A stretch of DNA of 64,000 nt from Oopsacas minuta (taxonomy: Eukaryota > Animalia > Porifera), in NCBI GenBank assembly GCA_024704765.1, contig JAKMXF010000066.1, positions 689,854-753,853 on the forward strand, read 5' to 3'. The notes beneath the pieces were generated by a model, which was not told the DNA's origin, searched no databases, and was given only the letters and a program-made list of their open reading frames with translations. The first letter of the stretch is position 1. The number at the start of each line of letters is the position of its first letter. Positions 1-12,800 of the stretch are shown here, one piece after another. The position numbers and the translations under genes were made by a program.

Positions 1-217
1 AGTGCATAGCGGCAGGTAGTACACTTTCCATGATAATCAAACTGGATCAAACCAAGTCAGCATTACGCGACACCAAATTTGCTATTCTGAAGTGATCTGC
101 ATGATCTGAAAATATTTGGTGTAATAGATCAAGAAAAGACTACACATATTTGCTGTGAAGGTAATTTCCAACTAATATAACTTTGTTGTGTCTTGTTGAT
201 AAGCAATAAAATAATTA

Positions 218-1879
218 TCAAAATATTAGATCACAAGCTAATTGCGATATAACGTCTGCAGGTATCTCTTCGCATGTCCATAATGTAGTGGGAAGATCAT
301 TAGTAATCTCATCTCTTTGTATAATGAGAATATTCATTGAATAAAATGGACGATTATCCAATTTTCTACAATTTTTAGGATTCTGATTTTTAACTTTTTG
401 AGGGTGATTTGGTGTATTCTTTCCTGATGGAAAAGATTTTGCTTTGTTTGCTTGAGAATTACTGATTTTTTTTAAACTAATTTTGGAATCATTTTTGCTG
501 CGTGGTGGACTAACGTAATTTAAAATAGACAATTGCTTGCAGTCCGGAACTGAAGGTTGAGACTTCGCAACTTTTGAAATAAGCTTTTTTGAATTGTAAT
601 CGTGTGATTGACTATAACATTTTGATTTGGTAGAAGTTTCTATTAGTTTGTTTGCAGAGAAATCTTGCGAAGAATTGGAAAATAATGCATTAGTCTGTTT
701 CACTAGATTTGTTTCGGTTTTAAAAAAATTGTTTGGAATATTTTGTTTATCCCAAAGATCTTCATTCTTGTTTGGAGGATTGCAGCGATTGTTTTCAAGA
801 ATTGAGTATTTATTGTTTGTTTGTTGGTTTATATATTTATCTTTGAAAGTGTGACATTTCGGATCCTGTAAAAGGGTTAATTCTTGACTTTGCGAAAATA
901 GAAAATTTTGAGTGTCAAATTTATCGCATATTTGAGAGTTAAAGTTTTGAGTTAAGACAGGTGAATTTTGTAAATGAGTTGCCTGTGTTACAGGAATATT
1001 ATCTGAACAGTCAAACAGCATTGAAGTAAAGTTCAAATCCTCTGTTTGAGTGTTTGATAAGGACAGGGAACTTATGGGTAATGTCTCACTCAAATCAACT
1101 GAAGCAGAAGGTTGATTTTCTTGTGAAAAATATCCTGGATTATCCAATATTGTATAAGATTGTGTTGTTTGTTTGTTTACCATATTATTTTCTATGTTTA
1201 CTTCTTGAGATTTCGGCAAATGATCGTCTATCGTTGGTTCATAACTCTGATGATTATTACTACTGCAAGGTTGTTGCGTATTTTCGTGATTATCAACATT
1301 TCCGACTCTTTTTTTCCGAGTAGATTCAATCAAATTCGGTGATATATTATTAATCATAGTAGAATTCGCCTCTGATAAACTGCTTGTGGATTCCTTCCGG
1401 GGTAAAATAGGTCGATATTGTCTTTCAATAACTATTTTCCGCTTAGGGTTACGTACGGGAATCTTAGGTGTTATCATTGGATTAATACAATTTTTATCCG
1501 CTAATTGATTAGCACTTTGTAGCCTTATTACTAACTCAATTGTGTTTGTATACCATCTCTTCTTTTTCAAGAGTTTTTCCAAATCTGACTGTATTTCTAG
1601 GATAATATTAAACTGGCATTGAAAAGCTGATAGTTCTGATAGTTGTTGAGGGACTAACACATTTCTAGCGAGGTGTATACCCATGGTAGAGATCTGGAAA
1701 TCAATATCCTTAAACTTTTGTAACATAGAAGTTTGTAGCTGGAGAGCATCTTTTGTAATTTTCTCGAAAAGTTTTCTAATTTCTAAGAGAAATGATGGAG
1801 TTGATCTCAATCTTTGTTTTATTAAGGTTTCCAAGTCAAACTGACTTTTACGGATAGAATTCAACTCTCTGAGGTACAT
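218..1879 (-). CDS. Uncharacterised 553-aa protein: helical/coiled N-terminus, long N/S/Q-rich low-complexity middle, short hydrophobic C-terminal motif
   Basis: 1.66-kb stop-free ORF in very AT-rich DNA, ATG start; no recognisable domain; 5' exons possible. Confidence 0.7.
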   Translation of the reverse strand: MYLRELNSIRKSQFDLETLIKQRLRSTPSFLLEIRKLFEKITKDALQLQTSMLQKFKDIDFQISTMGIHLARNVLVPQQLSELSAFQCQFNIILEIQSDLEKLLKKKRWYTNTIELVIRLQSANQLADKNCINPMITPKIPVRNPKRKIVIERQYRPILPRKESTSSLSEANSTMINNISPNLIESTRKKRVGNVDNHENTQQPCSSNNHQSYEPTIDDHLPKSQEVNIENNMVNKQTTQSYTILDNPGYFSQENQPSASVDLSETLPISSLSLSNTQTEDLNFTSMLFDCSDNIPVTQATHLQNSPVLTQNFNSQICDKFDTQNFLFSQSQELTLLQDPKCHTFKDKYINQQTNNKYSILENNRCNPPNKNEDLWDKQNIPNNFFKTETNLVKQTNALFSNSSQDFSANKLIETSTKSKCYSQSHDYNSKKLISKVAKSQPSVPDCKQLSILNYVSPPRSKNDSKISLKKISNSQANKAKSFPSGKNTPNHPQKVKNQNPKNCRKLDNRPFYSMNILIIQRDEITNDLPTTLWTCEEIPADVISQLACDLIF

Positions 1880-2643
1880 TTATGAATATTAACAATTCAA
1901 ATGTAGTTTGTATATTTCTGAATGTGAATTGAGTTATCTGTAATTCCATTCAAGTAAATTTGCAAAGGCCTAGTTATCAGGCGCCGAAATTCTAACCGCT
2001 TGAATGATCCAGGGTAGTTCATCTATTATTGAGAGGGCTCAAGTCCCCTACCTACCCACCTCTACCCCTGGTTCGACACCTATGGGTCTAGTGTGTAATG
2101 ATGGTGGAATTATTTTACTGGATAAAGACGATTGAAAGAGTTCAAACTGGAACAAATTAACAGAGATGACAAAAAGTACAAACAGTAGAATTTGATAAAT
2201 TCACAAAACGCCCTCCTAACTAAAAATATAACATGTCTCAATATTCTAAAAATATACATTCTAAAATAGAGTGTAATGTAATCCAAAGTATTAATTACAG
2301 AGTGATTCGTATCTGTAATTACCTAAGAGTACCCTCACGTAATTGACCATCCTATTTCCTTTCCCTTGGTATTTAGTGACGGGATTTGAAATTGCAATTA
2401 TGTGAATATCAAGTATTATTTAGAGGATCTAATTGTCTCCTGATCCCGGTTATAAGAACCCCCTTGGGAGTAACAATACAAGTTCTTATAACCGGAATAA
2501 ATAACCAGAAATATATGAGAACCGTTTTCCAGAGGATGGTGTTTATATCCGGTACGTCTCCACCCAGGTCATGGGTCAAACCAATTTGGCCTACGTCCAA
2601 TTCGCCCATACTACACCCTTGTATACAATATACAAATATTTAC

Positions 2644-3858
2644 TTGTCTCAGTGAACTGTGAAGATCCTTTCCTTACACCAGATATGTAGCTTGTCGCAG
2701 GAGCAGATGACCCATAATGCATTGGTGTCTTAGGAAGTACACTCTTACCGGTTTGTATAGGTTTAGTTTGGGTGTGAGAATCCCCTGAGTCTGCATGGTC
2801 TGGACTCATTTCTGGGATTGGTTCAAATTGGAACACACTAGCGTTGGGGGAAGGAAGGTGTGGAGATGAAACTAGAAGAGCACATAAATACATGAATATA
2901 TGAACAAATTTAATAGAATCTGCTTACTAGCTCTTTGGCTTCAGCCTACTGAGGTGACCTGTACTACGGACACTATTGTCACAGAGGTCTTTGGGGTCAT
3001 TTTAACAGGTCCTACTATAATTTAATTACAATCTGGATAGTTAGGCTACTTACCCTCGGAAAGAGATTCTTCGTTAGTACACTTAAGGTCGATAGCAAGC
3101 TCAGCATATCTAAAAGCCATTTCATCGATAGAAGCGATTAGTGATGTGTATATTCCTACAAAAGAGCTGGGAATAGGAGTATTCAAGTCACGTGATACTC
3201 TATTCACAACTTCAGCTGCCCAAGGAATCTATAGAAATGTTTAAAATAATACACGTATGTAGTGAAAAGGTGTGAAATATACTACAACCTTGGTGGTATG
3301 TATATTTTGGCTGAATTAAAAAAATTTTAGAGTACAAATAAGTTCTAACCTTCAGATTCATAATCAGCTGTTCGACTAACAACACTACATCGTCTGTCAG
3401 CCTGGTATATTGAAGAACTGAATGACTGTCGATGCAAAGAAGCGCCTGAAATTGGAGGACACAATTATAGAGAGAGATTCCTCACATTTAAAAACAGTCA
3501 ACTCCGGTTATATCTAACACGATATACCCGCTTATATTGAAATACAAAATCGTACAAATATGGTCCCAAACCATCACAGTAACATACTTCACCGAGTTAT
3601 ATCAAAGCAGTTATCACGGTTCATTGAGCTTCGATAAAAGGGAAATAGATTGTATGCAGAAAATATTGCTGAGTAGCTTACTTGTGATCCAATCTGTAAT
3701 CTCCGTAAATGCTCAAGTTCTTCACAGGAAATATAAGCTGAGAGGTTTTGGAGAGCAAATTGGACAACAAATAATATTTGTTTGGGATATGTAAGACTCT
3801 CAAGGATAGATAAACACAATTTTGTACACAAATCTCTTGGATTAAACTCTTCTAATAT
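2644..3858 (-). CDS. ZFYVE26: ZFYVE26 pre-FYVE exons 3682-3858, 3350-3445, 3054-3228, 2644-2871
   Basis: All four join in frame through GT-AG introns (phases 0, 0, 1); they match the human LEQLLMNMKVDW...RYAEKALD region followed by a Ser/Pro-rich linker. Confidence 0.8.
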
Positions 3859-6800
3859 CTAAAATAAGAATTGTAAGTCAGTGTTTTTCCAACTTTTTAA
3901 TTTATGGAGATGGACCCTCCTTTAACACATTCTGTTGTGGTAAAGATAATTATTAAAATAATTTAATCAGGTAGATAAATTTCCATTCTATCAGCTGTTT
4001 CTCTAATCAAACCACCACAGCATATGAAGAATGAATTTACAAATACAATAGCATAATTAGCTATGGTAATAACTGGAATTATAGGTAGTTCACCTAAAAT
4101 ATCTTTGTAGCAATAGGAGACTGCAGTAGTATAAATAGAAGAAAAGGCAGCACGAGAATATATATATATAACTAACAGCTAAAGATGTCTACAGATTACT
4201 TTTCAGATGCAAGTGAGAACTATAACAATAATTCGAACTGTTCATTCGTTAAAAAGTGCAAAAAATGTACTATTATAAGTGAGCCAGGTGACGTTACAAC
4301 AAAAGTTGGCAATTTCATTAAACTGTCAACAATCATAACTTCTCCCAACCCTAGCTATCAATGGTACGACGGCTCAGGAAGGCCAATACCTAACAAAACG
4401 CAGAGTACACTATTCATCGGCCCTGTTAAAGAAGAGGATTTCGGCTTTTACAAACTAGAAATAATCGATAGAACTACTGGAGAGAAAAAATACACTAGTT
4501 GGGTGGAGGTTAAAAAATGCGAACAAACTTTCTATCCAACGAAGCCAAGAGTAACTGTAACACCACGAGGAGGTTTATTCAGAAGGGGGGATACAGTGAG
4601 ACTATACGGATCATTTGAAAACGCTGTATACTACCAATGGTATAAAGACGGACACATGATTGAGGGATGTACCAACACTAATTTAAGTATTAGAAGTTGT
4701 AACAGTAGTAGTTCAGGAAGATACGTGCTGATGGCTTGGAACACCTTTGGCACTGAAACAACACAAGAAGTGGATGTGATGATACGGTAAAGGATATATA
4801 GTCAATGGACAAAAGTATTCGACCACACAAATATATTGTCATAAATGGTATACTCTTTCCCGCTCCTATGTATTGTATAGTCTATATTCGTGGCTGCAAT
4901 CTAGTAATTTGCATAGAATAACATATGTTTTTCAAGAGAATATTTTCGATTTACACTTTTTGAAGGTGTTAATTATTAATAATTATTAGATAATTATTGA
5001 CAGTCAAAATATGTGGTAATTCAAAACCTATTAAGAATCTGCAAGTTCTGACTTTGATATTTGAATTCTACGTAGGCGAGTTACCTCAGATTTAAATTTC
5101 CAATGGAATTGAACTATTTTTACCAAAGTTATAGAAGAATTTCAATTTGTGCCACTTGAGCCACCTTTTGCCCATGATGGCACAAGTGGCCGTTACCAAG
5201 AGGTTATTTTGTAATTCAAGGGTTAGCATAGTCATATCATTCGAAAATATTACTCTGACTTATTCCTCCTAACCCTAGTTCATTTCCTTATAGTGGCGCT
5301 TTTTCTGCCGCCTGTGCCACTTTTTTCAAAAAGTGGCTCAAGTGGCACAAATTGAAATTCTTCTATAACTTTGGTAAAAATAGTTCAATTCCATTGGAAA
5401 TTTAAATCTGAGGTAACTCGCCTACGTAGAATTCAAATATCAAAGTCAGAACTTGCAGATTCTTAATAGGTTTTGAATTACCACATATTTTGACTGTCAA
5501 TAATTATCTAATAATTATTAATAATTAACACCTTCAAAAAGTGTAAATCGAAAATATTCTCTTGAAAAACATATGTTATTCTATGCAAATTACTAGATTG
5601 CAGCCACGAATATAGACTATACAATACATAGGAGCGGGAAAGAGTATACATTTATGACAATATATTTGTGTGGTCGAATACTTTTGTCCATTGACTATAT
5701 ATGAATTCAAACTTTTAAATATCAATCATAATTGTTCAGGTACTTGCTGCTTAAAGGAATCTACATTAATCGTACAGCCCCAAGGAGGAACATTCCAGAA
5801 AGGTGAGACGATAAATCTGACAGCTCATTTTATGAATGCGAGATATTATCAATGGTATAAAGATGGTGAGATCTTATCAGGGTGTGAGGAAATACTTTAG
5901 TAATACACGGAAATGTAACTGAGAATACTGGAGAACTCATGATAGTTGCTTCTAACGACAGTAAGGCTACCGCTAAAACAACTGTAAAATACAGATAGTG
6001 TCATCTTAGAAATAAACATAAAAATATAATCAAAACTTAACAAATTAATTATTTAAATACCAATATTTTGTTAATAATCACCTCTCTGTCTTATTATTAA
6101 TCTTTATTGTAGTCTGTAATTAAATAAAACTGGAATGTATAAATCCTCCAAACTAATAATATTCGATTGAAATTCAAAATACAGTTTTGTGAAAATGATT
6201 TTGCTTTCTGGATTAGTAATTAGGATGGAACCTCGTTAATATCAACAGGATTAATAATCTTGTGATATTTATGGTTATACTTTCATCACAAACAGAATTT
6301 CAGTTCCTTTTGTGTTCTAAATATAACTCAGAAACAAATTCAGTTCATCTTTTGTTTTGAAAAGATGATAACCTTAAACTTGGGACTAAAATAGAGAAGG
6401 AAGTATTAATTGAATAATATTTCTAGCGTGCTAAATATAACTCATGGGTCCTTTGAATAGAAATAGGAGCAATTGTATACGCTCTATAATGAAAGAAGAA
6501 TTTGAAAAACCCAGAAATGCATTACCGATAAGGTATTACTATTACATCCAAGAAATAGATTACTTACTTCTGGAATATGATCACATTAGTTGGAATAAGA
6601 TTGGGAATATGATCACATTAGTTGGAATAAGATTGGGAATATGATCACATTAGTTGGAATAAGATTGGGAATATGATCACATTAGTTGAATAAGATTGGG
6701 AATATGATCACATTAGTTGGAATAAGATTGGGAATATGATCACATTAGTTGGAATAAGATTGGGAATATGACCAAATTTGGCTAAGAAAATTGACTAAAA

Positions 6801-9800
6801 TTGTTGTTTCCTTTCGAGGATATTTATAAATTGAATTATCAATATTTGCTTACAATCAAATTGTAAATATGTTATCATTTTCTAGGCAGATTACAAGTGT
6901 ACTATCTTAAATCGACAAAGAATTGTGATATTCAATTTTCACACCTTTTCAGCTCTCTAATTCATAATCATCCGATATAAATTCCCAAAATACAAATTGT
7001 ATAACTTTTCTTATGATTAATACTCTACAAATCATTTTCGGGGTTTAAAAAGTGTCCGTACAGATATAATATGATGTGGCTGTACTCTCCATAAACATGT
7101 CAGTATACATATATTAATACAATGCATTATCAAATATTGTATCATATGGTATTATCACTAAGAGATGCCCTTGGCATGGATGATGTTGGTAAGTCCGTAC
7201 GCGTGGTCCAATTGAAGATAGATACGCAGCTCGGATTATATAATTCATCAGATGAATATATTATCACACCTTTTTGTTGTTTAAAGCTAAACCAATCAGA
7301 TAGAAGATTAAATATTATATCATATCTTGACACGATCCGAGGCGCCACCAGTCTGTACGCTGGACATTCTTCTAGGTGACAAATGTCTTGACCTATCAGA
7401 ATAGGAAGTTGACACAGTTAGTGAAGGCTTCGGGAGACACGGACTATTATCCTCGATATGAAAACAATTTGTTGTAGAGTCAACTTTAATAAATACAATA
7501 AAGATACAATTCAACAAATAAATTGCATAACAGTTCTTTGATCGGCTAATTGAACCCAATTAGATAGAATATGTCTACCGTAATCGTCAGAAGCTAGACA
7601 TCTGTAATAACCAAAACTGTCCTTTTTAATTGGGGCAAATAATAAATATTGCCTCGTTTCTCCTGATAAAGGCATTCCTCTTTCATTATACCATTGATAA
7701 CGTATATTAACACCTGTGGCATGTACGAATATATTCTCAAAGTCACCAACACGTCCACAAGCAGGTTTAGGCTCAATCACAAAGACAGGGGGAGCGTGTT
7801 CAAGAGAAGATATGTCCACTAGCTCAATCCAACTCGATAGTAAGTGATCTCCGTAATAATCTTGAATTCTAACTCGATAGAATCCGAAATCTTCCTTCTT
7901 CAAAGGGCCTAATGAAAGAAAAGGTTTGCTAGCTCCTTGAATATTCAAACCATTTTGTCTGTACCATTGATATGTTAATCTTAAACCTGTTGCTTCAACC
8001 TTAAACACTACATTATCACCGTATGATGCATTCTGAGATTGTGGCTCTGATAATATTATCAAGTCGTTATGCATTTTCTTGTATAACTCGTATGAAATTT
8101 CAAAAGATTGTTTAGAGTGAAAGTGTATTGTGATTTGTTGTAATAGATTTATTCGCTATTATATATATTGTAGGGAAAGTGTATGATGTAATCTTTAATG
8201 TAAACAAATCGAAAGCATCTATGTTGTATCTACACGAATTGAAACGAATCAAAATAAGAGATAAAGATGTTGTTAATAAAGGTAGAATGGTATGTAACAT
8301 TTTAGTGAATGCTTGAAATACAAAGGGATGAGATCAATTATCGTTCGAGCAATAGCTGCCAAGCCTGCATGATGGTCCATGGATGTTTCATGCCTCACAA
8401 AGCCATATGCATGAATGCATTTTCTTTAGGACATGGCAATTACAGAGGTTATAGACGAATGAAAACTGCCAAACGAAAGTGAAATTATCAACAATCGAAC
8501 AATTAACATTAAAGATGATGATACATGCAAGATGCAATAAAAGTATACTTTTATGCTTAATGAATTGTTCCTTACAACGGTGTTTACCGTATTTATATTG
8601 CTTAACAGACAAATAGTCTGCCACTAACAGAGTTTAGGAAAGTACTCTGATTCACAAGCAATCATATTTTCCAAAAGTTTCTAAAATGCTAAATTTAGAT
8701 TCTCTAAAGTTTCGTGAAATATAGTAATGATATAATTCATGTAGAGAAGTCAATTAGAATGAAAGTGAAGGTGATTCCAATGTTTAGAATATGCCTATAT
8801 AAAGGAGTTTCGAATAGGAAAGTTTCAAAAGAGATAATTCCTAAAATACAATAATGAACCCAATACCAAATTACTTGATAATATTATCAGAGCCACAATC
8901 TCAGAATGCATCATACGGTGATAATGTAGTGTTTAAGGTTGAAGCAACAGGTTTAAGATTAACATATCAATGGTACAGACAAAATGGTTTGAATATTCAA
9001 GGAGCTAGCAAACCTTTTCTTTCATTAGGCCCTTTGAAGAAGGAAGATTTCGGATTCTATCGAGTTAGAATTCAAGATTATTACGGAGATCACTTACTAT
9101 CGAGTTGGATTGAACTAGTGGACATATCTTCTCTTGAACACGCTCCCCCTGTCTTTGTGATTGAGCCTAAACCTGCTTGTGGACGTGTTGGTGACTTTGA
9201 GAATATATTCGTACATGCCACAGGTGTTAATATACGTTATCAATGGTATAATGAAAGAGGAATGCCTTTATCAGGAGAAACGAGGCAATATTTATTATTT
9301 GCCCCAATTAAAAAGGACAGTTTTGGTTATTACAGATGTCTAGCAAGTGATAAGTTCGGTAGACAAATTCTAAGTTGTTGGTTGCATTTAGCTCATCAAT
9401 AATCGAAGAAAATTATATTATTAATCATATGTATGTATATGAGTATAACTTTATCACTTCAATCACCATTAAATCTTTATTATAAATAAAGTGTCAAAAT
9501 GAGATAATTTATAATTTTAGTTCTTAACGATCTGCTTCGCTTGCTCGCGCTGTGTGGCTTGCTAACAGTTTGTGTTCGCATGGGACTCGGCACTTCGTGC
9601 CTAGAATTTAGCAAAGTATAAAGTTGCAAAATGATATTTCAATAGATTGAATTTACACTTATTAACGTCAGTCAATTGCAATTCAATTAAAAAGTCCAGT
9701 TTTTTCCAAAAATTTGTGCAACTTTGCGGTTGCAAAAATATTACTTAATACCAAAGAATCAATGGCTAAATAAAACTGAAAATATAACACTATGTATAAG

Positions 9801-12800
9801 GAATGCATACATAGGGTGAGGACAGCTGTCTATACATATGTTATGTCCATTTGCAAATCGCTATTGACAAAATCGACATAACAAATATATGTAGAACCAC
9901 ATAATCAATACTAATGTAGTAGTGTGAACGTATTATCGTAAACAATTTGCATAAGAACTACATAATACTGAAACATTGCAATGTACGCATGAAGTGTTTC
10001 CTTCAATATATATTATAAATATATCTGTAAAAAATTGAATGAAGGCTAATATGCAAAATAGTAATTACAAAGCTACGTATAGTTTCAAAATTAGCCATCA
10101 AAAATTTTTTTTGCTTCCAAGTTTTGTAACAATGAAAGCAATTCAAAGTATTACTATCAGTTTACGTAAAATTTGTTAAATTTCAAACCCGATGCAAAAA
10201 TCTTTATTACAAACAATACAAACAAACATATTACTATATACATATGCGCATATACTATTAACAAGCAACACAACATCGTGATATTAAAAGGAAAGAAGCT
10301 AGTGAGGAAGACACAAATACGCTCTCTGATCACAGTGCTAATGCTAACAGGGATTATTAATATTTGACAATCATAACTGTGATTATTATAATAAAATGCA
10401 GGACTATTTAACAATGTGTGATGCGAGCTATGTGTCGAATATAATAATTATACCCAGAAATTAGCAAGCTGTCTATTAATGGGTTTTTAATGGTTTATAG
10501 TTTTCTAGATATTCTGGTGGCTGTTCAGAACTAAACTCCAAGAATGCTTGCCTGGCCATTTCCCTTAGCTTATCATTTCCAGCCCGTATTTTAAGATAAC
10601 TTTCTTCAAGGGTCTGCTCTCTAGAGACGAATTCACTTCCATGCTGAGTGACTATCTCATCGAAAGGTAACTTTCGGGAGTGAAGTTGATTTGAAGTTAG
10701 AGGATGAGAATATGAAGAAATCAGTAATGGATCAGGTCTCTTTTCGCATAGCTGCAATATAGACCATTTTGTTCTGAGATGAAACCCATAATAATCCCTT
10801 GCTACTAATCTGTATTGATAGTTTAAATGAGCTGAAGTAACAGGTCCAATCGTCAATGTTTCTTTGAACTCATTCATCAATACTTGGATAGCCCCTTTAG
10901 AGAGCACTTCCCAGTAAAACACAAGATTTACGCCAGTTAATACCGGAGAAATTGTGACGTAACTCCCAATATTACAATAGTAGACAAGATCTGCTTCTAT
11001 TTCCACTTTTGGCCTCTCGGGTCGAGAGTACTCACCACGAAAATTATCAGAATGCATTAAGGAGAGTATAAATCAAAATACAGTAGAAATCGGGTTTTTG
11101 GCAATTTCTTTCCACGAGAAATGAAGACAAAAATAAACTTAGTTAAGGTAATGTATTGAAACATCTCCCGCATCATAATATATAGGCTGGGATGTTTCAA
11201 TGTATTAGAGTAGGATAATAACAAAAGTTCAGTTTGTGTGATACAAATTACGGTTACCCATTTAGACAATTCGACTGCTATGGATATATTATTTTATGAA
11301 TGTTCAAAGGCATAATAAACAATACATTACTTACCAGATGAGCTGTGGAGTAATCAGGTTCTTGCATTGTGAAAAGGAACAAAATATGATCACGTGCAAT
11401 ATGCTAGAAAAATGGTAAAATATTGAATACAGTAGCTAATATTAAAACTTCTAATTTTTGCAATATCTCTACAACTCTGAGATGTGACAAGAATTCGCAA
11501 GTCGAGCAGGGCAACATAGTGAAAGTATATGTAACTGTGATGTTAACATGCTAGATTTTCACTTTGAATAGTAACTGGAACTGAAAGTAAAACACATTTC
11601 AAATTACATTAATAATGATATAATGAATTGAAAGTATCCGTAATTGCCACATAATAGTGTCAGTTATATTTTTAAAGGTAAACTGAAAGCCCTACCGCTG
11701 ATATTATTAGATAAAGAATAATACATGCAAAACCTTATAAAGATAAAATGAGACAGAATCTTAGGTGTCTTGGCTAGAGCTAATATATTTAATTCTATTA
11801 AAATATAACACCAAATTGGTGGATGTGGATCACAAACAGCTTGTTAAGCATTTTAATTGGGATAATTTAGAGAAAACCCGATATCCTCGTTCATAATACA
11901 GTGGAACCTACTTAACGACCACATTGGGCCAGTCCCTTCGGTAGCCGTTATTGACATGTTTGACTGTAATAACATTTAGAATGTTAAAATATGTAAGAAT
12001 GGTTCGTGTTGCTTGCGCTACCCGGCTTGTGAACTCAGAGATTCACTTAGATATTCGAAATACTTCCGAGAAATACAATATTGAAGATACGTGCCAATTT
12101 CTTGTATGGCAGTCCTTAACAATTTCTCAATCAACTCTGCGCAAACGAAACTACAGTTGAATTTATCAAGTAAACAAATATGACAACAATTAGTAAACAA
12201 AACTGACAAAACCTACCAAATATATAGGATCAGGGACGTTGTGTATTTTTCCCCATCTCTTGGCTAGTTGAAATTCTCCTTTTCTAGACAAATGCCTTAC
12301 AAGAATTTGAGGCATTCTTTGAGTTTGTTTCTTAATATCTCTCCAATGTTTCCATTCTATACATCCTCCTATTTTTACAGATTCTTCATTGCTTAATTGA
12401 TTTACATCTGGTCGGATAAGTGTGTTCATTATCTATAATAAAAAATAGTAATACAAAATCTCAAATCACTCAAAAATATACAAAGATTACCTCGGAATAA
12501 ACTTTAATTTTCTCCAGCTGGTTATGGAGTCTTTGTTTCAAACTCGACTCTCCAATCAAATTCGAATAAGCATGCTGAAGGATATTCAAACACAATTGGG
12601 TATCATTCCATTCATATATAATATCCATTACAATCTCCCCAAGCAATTCAAAGTTAGTTAGCTGCATTAGAAACTTGAATGATTCTTCACTCGACGCAGG
12701 AGCGCGCGTGTGTTCAAATTCCTCAATTTTTTCGCGTTGTCGACGTATATAATTAATACACCCAATCAGAATCAAGTCTTTTATCTGTTTATACCATTGA

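Noticed and set aside
2155-2215. VCTFCHLC (minus strand) as the start of the FYVE finger
   Set aside because: It is followed at once by TAA, has no RRHHC, and reads as a polypyrimidine acceptor tract
2386-2655. Similar short ORFs at 2386, 2409, 53402, 53438 and 63257 as a peptide family
   Set aside because: The similarity comes from MITE family A, not from conserved coding sequence
2925-3015. Possible extra spastizin exon
   Set aside because: Stops occur in every usable frame; exon 3054-3228 splices in frame directly to 2644-2871
6572-6771. 32-bp repeats as a CRISPR array
   Set aside because: Units are contiguous with no unique spacers, the context is eukaryotic and no cas genes are present
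7122-7379. 85-aa plus-strand ORF
   Set aside because: No recognisable domain or paralog; its 3' end runs into a family-B repeat
9525-9606. GC-rich hairpin ending in CTAG (similar at ~37490-37510) as a Helitron 3' end
   Set aside because: Too short, and no 5' end or further homology was found to support a call
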